From Octopus sinensis (lineage: Eukaryota), in contig NC_043015.1 in NCBI RefSeq assembly GCF_006345805.1, positions 49,724,001 to 49,788,000 on the forward strand: 64,000 bases of DNA. The letters run 5' to 3'. This document shows, one piece after another, positions 36,745-49,162 of this stretch. The translations under genes and the position numbers were made by a program. Position 1 is the first letter of the stretch. Every line of letters starts with the position of its first letter. The notes under the pieces were generated by a model, which was not told the origin of the DNA, did no database searches, and saw only the letters and a program-made list of their open reading frames with translations.

Positions 36745-36965
36745 ACTTTTAAACGTTTCAGTCATTTGACTGCGTCCATGCTGGAGCACCGCCTTAAACG
36801 GTTTAAGTCGAAGAAATCGACCCCAGGACTTATTCTTTGTAATCCTAGTACTTTTATTCTATCGGTCTTTTTGCTGAACAGCAAAAATTTCGGGGACATA
36901 AACACACCAACATGGGTTGTCAGGCGATTGTGGAGGGAGAAAAACACAGACACAAAGACACACAC
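36745..36965 (-). mobile_element. SINE-A tail half, fused to a Penelope remnant
   Basis: gtttcagtcatttgactgcgtccatgctggagcaccgcc...aaaacacagacac. Confidence 0.8.
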
Positions 36966-38240
36966 CTCACACATCTTCTCTAACCTACCCCTTCCCTCCT
37001 TCAAACGAACCTATAACCTGTGTGACCTCCTGGTCCACAGTTTCTTCCCTACCCCCACCCCCAGCCTGGCTCGTTCCCCTGCTCCTACCGACGCTGTATC
37101 ACCTGCTTCTACCTCTACAACACCACCACCCTCACGGGCACCCATCATCGTCCCTATCACATCACCGACTCCTTTACCTGTACTTCTAGTAACGTCATTT
37201 ACTGCATCTTCTGCTCTTTCCTTCTCTCTACATTGGGCAAACGGGACGCCGCTTGGCTGACTGGTTCGAGGAGCACCTCCAAGACATCAAACTCGACAAT
37301 GACACCCTGGACTCGCACCATTTAAGATCTACCGGTCATTTGCTACAACATTTGTCTGTGTTCGGACTGTCTTTGCAGAGGGGCCATCCGGACTCCCGCC
37401 TTCGCCGTGAATAAGAGTTAATCTTCTCTCTTCGCTCCTTTGCCCCATAGGGTCTCAACTCACCTCCCCTCTTCATCTGACACCAACTTCACCTCCTCTC
37501 TTCATTTGATACCAACCTCCACAACACTTCACACACACACTAGCACTGACCACTTCTGAGTATCCACACCACACACCATCATCCACACACCCATACACAA
37601 TCTTCAATAGCTTCACCACACATACCACTATATGAGCAGCCCCACACACTGTTTATACACACCACACATCATCGTGCACACTCCCACACACCAACAGAAG
37701 CACATAATTCCTGAACACAGACAATATATACATACACACGCAACACACAACATGCATTAACACACGCAACATACAAAGACATAGATAACTTTCGCCAACA
37801 ATCATACGCTATACACATGCACGCTATTTGATCACAGACACACACGCGTGCACACACCACGATTAAAGCACACATCAGTTGCTACACACAAAACGCACAC
37901 ACATGTTACACATGCACACAATCACACACGTCAGAGTCACTCGTCCCTATTCACACATACACACTTACACACTCACACACATCATTCTCACATACACATA
38001 CGCACGCGCACCTTCTCTTGTTGGGATCACTAGCACTATTATTAACTCCCTTTCATTCAACCTAATTTTAAAATTATTATCTCCCTTTCTTTCAACCTCA
38101 TTTTTTCCAATCATTTGCCATGCTGGGCAGCTGAAATTTACAAATTTTTGTTCCTTTTCTCTCTGTTATTTTCTCGTGTTCCTTTCTGTCCAAGAGCGTA
38201 GGCTCAAAACGTAAAAGACATGCTCATTCTTCCCGAGCGT
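36966..38240 (+). mobile_element. Second, more decayed Penelope-like 3' remnant
   Basis: 36966-37470 aligns with 33040-33545 (ccttcaaacgaacctataacctgtgtgacctcctggtccacag..gggcaaacgggacgccgcttggctgac..ggtctcaactc); ends at (TA)n. Confidence 0.85.
38181..38218 (+). ncRNA. Degenerate hammerhead motif (probably inactive)
   Basis: CCUUU-CUGUCCA-A-GAGC(GUAG)GCUC-AAAAC-GUA-AAAGA; core G8 and G12 lost. Confidence 0.5.
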
Positions 38241-38247
38241 GTATATA

Positions 38248-38341
<94 letters not shown>

Positions 38342-38382
38342 TAGATAGATGGATATAGATATATACACACACATATACACTC

Positions 38383-38413
<31 letters not shown>

Positions 38414-38843
38414 ATATATATATATCCTAAAACGATAGGATATTAGGCAACCACGCAAAGTGGATGTTTGAGATATTAGGAATCCTAGAATGGCTACTTC
38501 TACTATTGGCTTCAAATTTTGGCACAAGGCCAGCAATTTCGGGGAAGTAGCAAGTCACTTACATCAACTGGTACTTATTTTGTTGACCTCGAAAGGTTGA
38601 AAGGCAAAGTCGACCTTGGCGGAATTTGAACTCAATGGGTGTTTCTAATATTACGAATATTTATGAACGCTTTGTTTTTCAGAGAAAAATTCATGCAGCG
38701 TAAAAGGCGCCAAATTATCAGAGTTGTTAGCATGCCTGGCAAGATGCTTAGCGGGATTTCTTCTGGTTCATTATGTTCCTTGTTCAAATATCACTGAGGT
38801 CGACTGTGCTTTTCATACTGTCGGAGCCAATGAAATAAATACC

Positions 38844-39075
38844 TATTTCTTTACTACCCACAAGGGGCTAAACACAGAGAAGACAAACAAGGACAGACAA
38901 ACGGATTAAGTCGATTATATCAACGCCAGTGCGTAACTGGTACTTATTTAATCGACCCCGAAAGGATGAAAGGCAAATCGACCTCGGCGGAATTTGAACT
39001 CACAACGTAGCGGCAGACAAAATACCGCTAAGCATTTCGTCCGGCGTACTAACGATTCTGCCAGCTCGCCGCCCT
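38844..39075 (-). mobile_element. Young SINE-B inserted antisense into an old SINE-B (38720-39140), 11-bp TSD
   Basis: aaataaatacc at 38833-38843 and 39076-39086; the host SINE resumes agttcagtactggcgtcgatgtagtc. Confidence 0.88.
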
Positions 39076-39249
39076 AAATAAATACCAGTTCAGTACTGGC
39101 GTCGATGTAGTCAACTGGCCTCCTTTCTCAAAATGTCAGGCCTTGTGTCTTTAATAGAAATATATTTTAAGATCTAAGTGTTTACTAACTACGACAGAAA
39201 ATTTAATTCTATTAGAACCCATAACTTCTGGTTACGAAGCATCATGTCA

Positions 39250-39578
39250 GATATATTTTTATTTATTTATGCGCCCTTTTCAAGCCTAACCAAACTCATG
39301 AGCCCGGTTTCCTGGTTTGTATGGGGTGTGTGCGCCCTCCCGTCAGCTGGCCGGGACACCAGTCCATCGCAGCGTTACTCAAGAAACAGGAAGAAAGAGT
39401 GAGAGAAACTTGGAGCGAAAGACTACAACAGGGGTCGCCACCACCACCTGCTGGAGCCTCGTGGAGCTTTAGGTGTTTTCGCTCAAAAAACACACACAAC
39501 GCCCGGTCTGGGAATCGAAACCGCGATCCTCCAACCGTGAGTCCGCTACCCTAACCACTCGGTCATTGCGCCTCCCAT
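39250..39578 (-). mobile_element. SINE family C with V-domain-like tail
   Basis: Head ggcgcaatgaccgagtggttagggtagcggactc..gtttcgattcccagaccgggcg; tail gtaacgctgcgatggactgg..aggcttgaaaagggcgcataaat. Confidence 0.8.
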
Positions 39579-39764
39579 GTCAGATATGGTGAATATAATC
39601 AAACTATTATGGGATATTGAATGACCGTTACCATCAAAATCGTGTACTCTTGTACAAGTTTTACTTTGTGTCTAAGATAGGGAAGCTACGTTTGTTACTA
39701 ACGAAATAAGCGGCGAAAATTACTGAATACACCACACAGCAGAGGGCTGGATGAATTGATTATA

Positions 39765-40082
39765 ACTGGCGCTCTGTCGCTTACGACGAGGGTTCCAGTT
39801 GATCCGATCAACGGAACAGCCTGCTTGTGAAATTAACGTACATGTGGCTGAGCACTCCACAGACACCTTAGCGCAGTTCGCAGGGAGATTCAGCGTGACA
39901 CAGAGTGTGACAAGGCCAACCCTTTGAAATACAAGTACGACTCATTTTTGCCAGCTGGTGTGGACTGGAGCAACGTGGAATAAAGTGCCTGGCTCAAGGA
40001 CACAACGCCTCACCGGGAATTGAACTCGCGACCTTAGGATCGTGAGCCAAATACCGTAACTTCCAAGCCACGCACCTTCACG
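39765..40082 (-). mobile_element. SINE family D with alternative long tail
   Basis: Head gaaggtgcgtggc..gagttcaattccc, body gttgctccagtccacaccagctggcaaaaatgag, tail ggctgttccgttgatcggatcaactggaaccctcgtc. Confidence 0.8.
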
Positions 40083-40777
40083 AATTGATAATAAAATGTA
40101 AATATAAAGAGTCAAGATGTGGTGCGAGTAAAAGGCAAAGAAACAGAGAGATGGAGGGGGTGAGAGCGTGAAACAGAGAGAGAGAGAGTGTGTGTGTGAA
40201 GTAGAGACAGAGATAGACAGACAGAAAGACACAGAGAGAGACAAAGTAAAACCGAGGAACAGAGAGGAAGAGGGAGGAAAGGAACTTGGAGGGACAGAGA
40301 ATAGACAGAAAGATAGAGATAGAATGGCAGATAGAGAAGGAGAGAGAAAGAGAGTGAGAGAGAGAGAGACTGACAGACACAGAAAGGAGAACAGAGGAGA
40401 AGGTAAAGTACAACATAAATAAACAGAAAGGTCGTAATTTTTTACTTTTCTCTTGTTTTTTTTTGTTTGTTTTTATTTTCGTTTTATCGTCTTTTATGTC
40501 TGGAAAACCGTGATTTTTTTTTCCCCTTCTTTAAAGAAAATTTTGCCAAAAATGTGAGAGAACGAAACTTGAGTAACAACACTTCAGCTGTCAAAACCGC
40601 AATAAGTGTTTGGGGAGAAAAAAATCGCAATTAAATGATTGATGTTTTTTCTCAATGGTTGAGTCTTGAGGAAGGGACAACGCCCATGACCCTTACAGAC
40701 CTTCCATGGCATGTGATATTGATGCGGTTAATGTTCCATTTAAACAGTTGCGGCTCAACAACAGCAGGGGGTGGGTG

Positions 40778-40985
40778 GAGGCGCAATGGCCTAGTGGTTA
40801 GGGCAGCGGACTCGCGGTCCTAAGAACGCGGTTTCGATTCCCAGACCAAGCATTGTGAGTGTTTATTGAGCAAAAACACCTAAGCTCCACGAGGCTCCGG
40901 CGGAGGTGAGGGTGAATGAACCCAGCTGTACTCTTTCACCACAACTTTCTCTCACTCTTTCTTCCTACTTCTGCCACAAAGCAGA
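40778..40985 (+). mobile_element. SINE family C, 5' part
   Basis: ggcgcaatggcctagtggttagggcagcggactcgcgg..aaaacacctaagctccacgaggctccgg. Confidence 0.8.
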
Positions 40986-41279
40986 GGAACCATGGTGTAA
41001 CCCATTATGGTGTGGTAAACTTTCAGACCCTAGTCTAGATTGCGAATCCTCTGTACCCCAGGATGGTTCAGCTCTCCACCCGTTAAAAGCCACTGTTTAC
41101 GGAATGAGGATAACAACGTAGCTTTCGCGCCCGTGCAACCGCCTGTCTATCGCGTGTGGTGGGTGGATCTTCAAGTTGCCACACGCATTCTTAGTAGCTT
41201 AGATTAGGCTCGGATTAGAGATAATTCTTTGTGGCTAATGGCGTGAGTCCTGATTGGAAGAAGAAGAACAACAACAACA

Positions 41280-41660
41280 TCAGGAAATACCTGAGAAGGT
41301 TCAAGATTCCAGAGGGATAATATTCTAGGGAGGAAGGATTTGGGATAGTTGTTAGTGTGACAAAAGGGTGATCGGATGTAACAAGGGTGATGAAAGGAGG
41401 AAAGACGTGTTGGGGAAGAGTATACCTGACTGGCGGAGGCAAAAGACGAACTAGCTTTGAGGAGCAGAGGCCATAGGTGGCAGAGGTTGGATGATAAGAC
41501 CGTTTAGTGACGGGATGCCAACAACAAACCGGTGTGTGTAGCAACAGTACCGTCTCTGATGTGGGCGCAGAACGTCATTGCGGGCCTCACTTGAGCCTTG
41601 CAGAATGCCAGCAGGGTGGCTCGTTCTCTTTCTTTAAAAGTGACTTTCCAGACGAAACAA
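41280..41660 (-). mobile_element. Possible CR1/Zenon-like LINE 3' remnant
   Basis: Minus frame YGLCSSKLVRLLPPPVRYT/LPQHVFPP resembles CR1-group RT C-termini (recalled); short and degenerate. Confidence 0.35.
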
Positions 41661-41699
41661 TTTTTTTTCTCTCCAGTAGAAGCTTGAACGCATCACCAT

Positions 41700-41885
41700 G
41701 TTCAAAGAAAATATTAACTTCAAATTTTGGCAAAAGGACAGCGTTCAGCCGGTACCTATTTTATCGACTCCGAAAAGAAAAGAAAAGCAAAGTCGATCTC
41801 GTTGGAATTTGAACTCAGAACGTAAAGACGGGCGAAATGCCGCTGAGTATTTTGTCCGGTGTACAAACGATTCCGCCGCCTCGTT
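41700..41885 (-). mobile_element. Diverged SINE-B
   Basis: aaagtcgatctcgttggaatttgaactcagaacgtaaagacgggcgaaatgcc. Confidence 0.7.
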
Positions 41886-41894
41886 GTCCTATGT

Positions 41895-42245
41895 CGTCGT
41901 CATCATCATCATCATCATCATTGTTCGACCGTGGTCGAGACAATGGAATTTACCATGCTACGCCAGACTTCACGGTCCATCATGGCATTACGGAGGTCCT
42001 GTTGCTGGATGCCTGTATCCCTGGTGATTACATCAGGGTAGGAGAGTGTGCGCCCTCTGGTATTGCGAGTAGATGGCTTCCAGAGGAGAAGAGTAGAAAT
42101 TACTTCTTTTTCAGCTCTACAACAATGTCCAGCAAACTGGACTCTCCTACCTTTCACAAGAGATGACACAGGTGGTAGTTTCCCATATATTTGCATTTTG
42201 GTTGGATGGCGCTTCCACGAGAGATTTTGAGTTCTCATAAGCAGT
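41895..42245 (-). pseudogene. 5'-truncated RTE-clade LINE (ORF C-terminus plus (TGA)n tail)
   Basis: Open frame NLSWKRHPTKMQIYGKLPPVSSLVKGRRVQFAGHCCRAEKEVISTLLLWKP..LSYPDVITRDTGIQQQDLRNAMMDREVWRSMV; stop runs into tgatgatga. Confidence 0.88.
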
Positions 42246-42321
42246 AGCAGCAACAGCAACAACAGCAACAAAACTATCACTTCCCCCAACTACGTCGTCG
42301 TCATCATCAACATCAACAGCA

Positions 42322-42685
42322 GTGGTGGCGCAATGGCCCAGTGGTTAGGGCAGCGGACTGGCGGTCGGAGGACCGCGGTTTCGATTCCCAGACCGGGCGT
42401 TGTGTGTGTGTTTATTGAGCGAAAACACCTAAAGCTCCACGAGGCTCCGGCAGGGGTGGGGGGGCGACCTCTGTTGTACTTTTTCGCCCCAACTTCCTCA
42501 CACTCTTTCTTCCTGTTTCTTGTCCCCGACTTCCTATGCAACTGCTGAGCCTGGATGCGCATTCGTCCATCCGTCGATGCTCTCGGTGTCGGGGGTTGAC
42601 CTGCTTTCTCTTCTGCGGGTCTTACGAATAGCAAAGGACCACGTTTCGGACCGCTCGGACCGCTCGGACCGGACCGCTCAACATC
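42322..42685 (+). mobile_element. SINE family C with a different tail ending in (ggaccgctc)n
   Basis: Same head as 39250-39578; tail gcgcattcgtccatccgtcgatgctctcggtg..ggaccgctcggaccgctcggacc. Confidence 0.75.
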
Positions 42686-42844
42686 ATCATCATCAACAAC
42701 AACAACAAGAACAACAACACTCACTGCTACCACTCTTGCAAAAATATGGCAAAAGCATTCCAACCATGACCTTTCTGTCGTCTCTTCTAATCTACATAAG
42801 CCAGCGTGTTCTTTCTTTTTTATGATAACTAATGCTATGTTTGT

Positions 42845-43095
42845 GGAGGCGCCTGGCTTAGTGGTTAGGGTGTCAGCACCATGATCGTAAGATTGTGGTT
42901 TCGATTCCTGGACCGGGCGACGCGTTATGTTCTTGAGCAAAACACTTCATTTCACGTTGCTCCAGTCCACTCAGCTGGGAAAAGTGAGTAACGCTGCGAT
43001 GGACTGGCGTCCCATCCAGCTGGAGAACACATACGCCATAGAAACCGGGAAACCAGGCCCATGAGCCTGGCTAGGCTTTAAAAGGGCGCATTTAT
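42845..43095 (+). mobile_element. SINE family D with V-domain-like tail
   Basis: ggcgcctggcttagtggttagggtg..gttcttgagcaaaacacttcatttcacgttgctccagtccactcagctgg..gtaacgctgcgatggactggcg..aggctttaaaagggcgcattt. Confidence 0.8.
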
Positions 43096-43147
43096 TTTTA
43101 TTTTTAATGCTATGTTTAACAGAACGAGCGACTTCATAGTCTCTCTT

Positions 43148-43195
<48 letters not shown>

Positions 43196-43865
43196 CCTTT
43201 GGTATCTCTGTGTCTTCGCTCCCACTTTTATCTTTTACTTGTCTCAGTCATTAGACTGCGGCCATACTGGGGCACCGCCTTGTATCTAAAATTAAGCACA
43301 TATTCTAACGGTGTCTTCTGGTTTTGTTCTGCTCGAGGCTATAGTAGAAGACACAGGCTCAAAGTACCATTAAGTGGGACTGAACCCGGAACCATGTGTT
43401 TCGGTAGCAAACTTCTCACCACACAGTCACGCCTAGTCTGAAGCAATTTACTTCGTTAATGCTCACGGGAAAGGCATTTCAGCCACAGCTTCTTATCAGT
43501 GGCATTTTACAATGTTTTTATGTGTCGTAGTTTAACGTTGAAGGACCAACGCCAACAAACATAGTTTAAACTTCACAAGAAATCAAAAATATCTCGGGTT
43601 TAATTTCGTTTCTTTTTTTTTTTTTTACTTGACAAGTAAATTGATAATCTTAACACAGCTACATTTCAATTTATTTATTTATAACTCATCTTTCTTTCGA
43701 GACAGCACAGTCGTTCATATTTCCCCAATCGTAGAAATTTTTGCTGTTACAACTATAAGAAAATATATCGATGAATTTAAGAGTTTTTCTTTTTCTTTCT
43801 TTTTTTCCCCTTCTTTTTATAATATCACTATTGCGTGATTGGAAGAACGTATGGCAATATATAGT

Positions 43866-45509
43866 TACGAAGCCAGTTAATGTTATTTTGCTACCTACGT
43901 CTGGTCCATTCTGATTCATTAGTTTTCAAATCGTTTCTGGTTAGATTGCAGATCATTTGAATAATATACGCTAGACTATCATATGCATAATACAGCGAAA
44001 TGAAACAGATTAACTGAAGTTATGGCACATACATATATTTCTTTACTACCCACAAGGGGCTAAACACAGAGGGGAACAAATAAGGACAGACAAACTGATT
44101 AAGTCGATTACATCGACCCCAGTAAATAACAGGTACTTAATTTATCGACCCCGAAAGGATGAAAGGCAAAGTCGACCTCGGCGGAATTTGAACTCAGAAC
44201 GTACCGACAGACGAAATACCTGTTTATTTATTACCTACAAGGGGCTAAACAAAGAGGGGACAAACAAGGACAGACAAACGGATTAAGTCGATTACATCGA
44301 CCCCAGTAAGTAACAGGTACTTATTTAATCGACCCCGAAAGGATGAAAGGCAAGGTCTACCTCGGCGTAAATTAAACTCAGAATGTAACGGCAAGCGAAA
44401 TACGGCTACGCATTTCGCCCGGCGTGCTAACGTTTCTGCCATGTCGCCGCCTTCTTTTTAGAGTCAGCAGAAGTTCGCTATAACCTTCTGCCAGAACTGC
44501 GTGGACTTTAGGTGTTTCGCTCATAAACACACACGTCGCCCGGTCTAATATTCGAACCTCGTCCGTGAGTCCGCTGCTCTAACCACTAGGCCATGCGCCT
44601 CCACATACGAAGCCAGTTAATGTTATTTTGCTGCCTACGTCTGGTCCATTCTGATTCATTAGTTTTCAAATCGTTTCTGGTTAGATTGCAGATCATTTGA
44701 ATAATATACGCTAGACTCTCATATGCATAATACAGCGAAATGAAACAGATTAACTCAAGTTATGGCACAGACATATTTCTTTACTACCCACAAGGGGCTA
44801 AACACAGAGGGGAGAAACCAGGACAGACAAACGGATTAAGTCGATTACATCGACCCCAGTAAGTAACTGGTACTTAATTTATCGACCCCGAAAGGATGAA
44901 AGGCAAAGATGGACAGACAGATATATACAACAGGCTTGCACAACATATATATATCCGTCAAATTCATTCACAAGACATTGGTCAGCCCGAGGCTGTATAG
45001 TATACTGTAAAAGACACTTGCCCAAGGTACCGCGTAGCAGGACAGAAACCGAAACCACATGGTTGCAAAGCGAGCGACTTTACCAGTTAGAGCACAGACA
45101 ATTATGTCTGTGCCATAACTTGAGTTAATCTGTTTCATTTCGCTGTGTTATGTATATGAGAGTCTGGCATATATTATTCAAATGATCTGCAATCTAACCA
45201 GAAACGATTTGAAAACTAATGAATCAGAATAGACCAGACGTAGGTAGCAAAATAACATTAACTGGCTTCATAGGTGGAGGCACATGGCCTAGTGGTTAGA
45301 GCAGCGGACTCGCGGACGAGGTTCGAATCTCAGACCGGGTGACGTGTGTGTTTATGAGCGAAACACCTAAAGTCCACGCGGCTCTGGCAGAGGGTAATGG
45401 CGAAACTTCTGCTGACTCTGAAAAGAAGGCGGCGAGCTGGCAGAAACGTTAGAACGCCGGGCGAAATGCGTAGCCGTATTTCGTCTGGCGTTACGTTCTG
45501 AGTTCAAAT
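43866..45509. repeat. Local triplication: direct duplication plus inverted duplication including SINE-B and SINE-C pieces
   Basis: 43866-44170 repeats at 44606-44908; 44371-44774 is inverted at 45104-45509. Confidence 0.85.
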
Positions 45510-45804
45510 AAACGGATCGTGGGTGTTTCTCCCGCAGTGTCCGCCGGATCCAACCTTCCTATGCATAGGTAGGCAAGTCCCTAAATATGCTAATTAACCG
45601 ATAACTGGGATTCTGATATGTACTATCACTCCAGCTTCGGGTAGCTTCACCTGTGAAGGTGGTGACTCCACACTTTCCAAATACCTGGAACCCCCGAACC
45701 AGAGACGCATGACGGAACGCAGCTTAAAGTCATACACAGGACACATTATTAAATATGCATTTGGTAGGGTCTTACTTTAAGTAGATAAGACCCTACAAGT
45801 TATT

Positions 45805-46222
45805 TTTTGTTTCAGTCATTTGACTGCGGCCATGCTGGAGCACCGCCTTTTGTCGAGCGAATCGACCCCAGGACTTATTCTTTGTAAGCCTAGTACTTAT
45901 TCTGTCGGACTCTTTTGCCGAACTGCTAAGTGACGGGGACGTAAACACACCAACATTGGTTGCCAAGCGATGTTGGGGGGACAAATACAGACACAAACAT
46001 ACACACACACTTACACACACACACACACACACACATACACACATACACCCACATATATATATACGACGGGCTTCTTTCAGTTTCCGTCTACCAAATCGCC
46101 TCACAAGGCTTTGGTCAGCTCGAGGCTATAGTAGAAGACACTTGCCCAAGGTGCCACGCAGTTAGACTGAACCCGGAACCATGTGGTTGGAAAGCAAGCT
46201 ATTTACCACACAGCCACTCCTG
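45805..46222 (-). mobile_element. SINE family A, full length
   Basis: Head, body, internal (CA)n(TA)n and tail. Confidence 0.9.
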
Positions 46223-46532
46223 CGCCTAAGTTGGATATAAGGTAGGCAGATCGTAATCTGGGGTACTTACCTTCAGACATAACCTAGGTCTTTCATGAAG
46301 TTTAAAACGGTCTACATTTTAGGAGGATTCTACATTGATTTATCCTTGTTTTGAGTTTTTCTTTCGTTGATGTAATTTAAGGGTAATGTTTGCCCTGGGT
46401 GCGTCTAGCAATCTGAGAATAGCGAAATTGAAGCCATGTTCCTGCTCTCAACTAGACAATTAGACATCCGGGTTTTAAAAATCAAATACAAAAGGAGAGC
46501 ATTTAAAAAAAGAATACGAGAGAGGATACAGA

Positions 46533-46566
<34 letters not shown>

Positions 46567-46650
46567 AACAGACAGAGAGATAGGTAGGTAGATAGATAGA
46601 CAGTCAGACAAACAGACACACAGACAGAGACAGACTGATAGACATATACT

Positions 46651-46718
<68 letters not shown>

Positions 46719-47040
46719 TAGATAGGTATGTAGGTAGGTAGGTAGGTAGGTAGATAGACAGGCAGACAAACAGACACATAGACAGAGACACACTGATAGA
46801 CAGATACTTAGATAGATAGATAGATAGATAGATAGAACGAGAAGGAGGTTTCCGGTAAATTAATGGTGAAAAAAATGAAACCTTCCAATCACATTCGCTG
46901 GTGGATGCATGCATCAAATATTTTGTATCTGCAGGCGATACGATTTGCCTGTGGAAAAAGTCTTTCTATCTCTGAGAACAGAGCTTATTGCCCGTGGGGG
47001 AAAGAGATAGATAGATAGATAGCTAGATAGATAGATAGAC

Positions 47041-47127
<87 letters not shown>

Positions 47128-47132
47128 CAGAC

Positions 47133-47192
<60 letters not shown>

Positions 47193-48109
47193 GAGGGGTG
47201 CTAAATAGACGTCTGAAAAACTGTGTGCGACATAGGACTATGGTAACGACTGTCTTTTAGTTCTTCCTTTATTTATTTCTTCTTTCTGTCTATCTATATT
47301 TCCATATTAATTCTTTCTCTCCCTTCCCACTCTTTTCTTTCTTTCTTTCTTTTTCTTTTTTGTCGTCTGGAACCACGTCTGTTATATTACCATCATTGAC
47401 GTGTATCTTATGCTAATTCAGTCAAGGTACAGTAATAATAAATAATAAATATATAAAACAAACACACTAAACGACACGAAGACAAAAGCCCAAAACTAAG
47501 TCCATCGTTGCTGCAACGGAATAAAAGAAAAGAATAACGTCTCAATTTATTCTATTAAATTATTCTATATCTATTTGTTTTTTCACGGGAAAAAAATGTA
47601 TCGTATTTGGAATGTGGGAATAAAGAGACAGAGATAGAGACAGCAAAATAGAGAGGAAGGGAAGAAGAGAGAGAGAGAGAGAGAGAGAGTGACAGCAAAA
47701 AAGAAAGGAAGGAAGAATAGAGAGAGAGAGAGGGGGGGGAGAAGAAAAGGAAGTCGAAGGGAAGAAAGGAGGGAGACGGACGCAGTTTGTATGGCAACCA
47801 TATTAAGTTAGTGTAATTAAAGTCGAGATATTACAGACAGAAAATATTTAAATAAAACCACATTAATATGTTTTGTTCGAGTTAAACATTAGCTGGAAAT
47901 AATTGCAATTTTCTGTTAGGGTGACAGAGTTTTCTTATTCAGGGAAATTATATTTCGCTTTTGCAAGGAACAGTTTTGGGGAAAATGGCTGACATTGTAG
48001 TCGAACGGTCTGAATTGTGTATTGTATTATGCTTCGTACGGTTCCTAGTTCGAGCCACGAAGATGAATTATTTCTCATTATTTTGGTACGATTTAATTAA
48101 TATCTACAC

Positions 48110-48340
48110 TGCATTGGTTTCAAATTTTGGCACAAAGCCGGCAATTTCGGGGAGAGGTGGGATGGGGGGTAAGTCGATTACATCAACCTCAGTGCTCAAT
48201 TGGAACTTGTTTTATTGACCCCGGAAGGATGCAAGACAGAGAGGACTCCCGCGAAATTTGAACTTAGAATGTAAAGACGGACGAAATGCCGCTAAGCATT
48301 TCGCCGGCGTGCTAACATTTTTGCCAGCTCGCCGTCTTAA
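48110..48340 (-). mobile_element. Old SINE-B (tail type 2), head-to-head with the next array
   Basis: aaattttggcacaaagccggcaatttcgggg..ccgctaagcatttcgccggcgtgctaacattttgccagctcgccgtc. Confidence 0.75.
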
Positions 48341-48364
48341 TATCTGCAGTATATTGGTATTCAT

Positions 48365-49162
48365 AAGGCGGCGAGCTGGCAGAAACGTTAACACGCCGGG
48401 CGAAATGCTTAGCGGTATTTCGTCTGCCGTTACATTCTGAGTTCAAATTCCGCCGAGGTCGACTTTGCCTTTCATACTTTCGGGGTCGATAAATTAAGTA
48501 CCAGTTAGGCACTGGGGTCGATGTAATCGACTTAATCCGTTTGTCTGTTCTTGTTGTGCTCTCTGTGTTTCGCCCCTTGTGGGTTGTAAAGAAATAGGCA
48601 TTTCGTCTGTCTTTACGTTCTGAGTTCAAATTTTACCGAGGTCGACTTTGCCGTTCATCCTATCGGGGTCGATTAAATAAGTACCAGTTACGCACTGGGG
48701 TCGATGTAATCGACTTAATCCGTCTGTTCTGTCCTTGTTTGTCTCCTCTGTATTTAGCCCCTTGTGGGTAGTAAAGAAATAGGTATTTCGTCTCCCGCTA
48801 CGTTCTGAGTTCAAATTCTGCGGAGGTCGACTTTGCCTTTCATCCTTTCGGGATCGATTAAATAACTACCAGTTACGCACTGGGGTCGATGTAATCGACT
48901 TAATCCGTTTGTCTGTCCTTGTTTGTCCCCTCTGTGTGTAGCTCCTTGTGAGCAGTAAAGAAATAAGAAACGTTAGCAAGCCGGGAGAAATGCTTAGCCG
49001 TATTTCGTCTGCCGTTACGTTCTGAGTTCAAATTCCGCCGTGGTCGACTTTGCCTTTCATCCTTCCGGGGTCCATAAATTAAGTAGCAGTTAAGTATTGG
49101 GGTTCAATCTAATTGACTGGCCCTCTCCCACCAAATTTCGGGCCTTGTGCCTAGAGTAGGAA
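48365..49162 (+). mobile_element. SINE-B tandem tetramer ending in tail type 2
   Basis: Junctions aagaaatag|gcatttcg (~48598), aagaaatag|gtatttcg (~48782), aagaaat|aagaaacgttagc (~48966). Confidence 0.9.

Noticed and set aside
46271-46412. Minus-strand exon candidate with good acceptor (ttctcag) and donor (aag|gtaagt)
   Set aside because: All three frames contain stops; it could only be non-coding and nothing else supports it.
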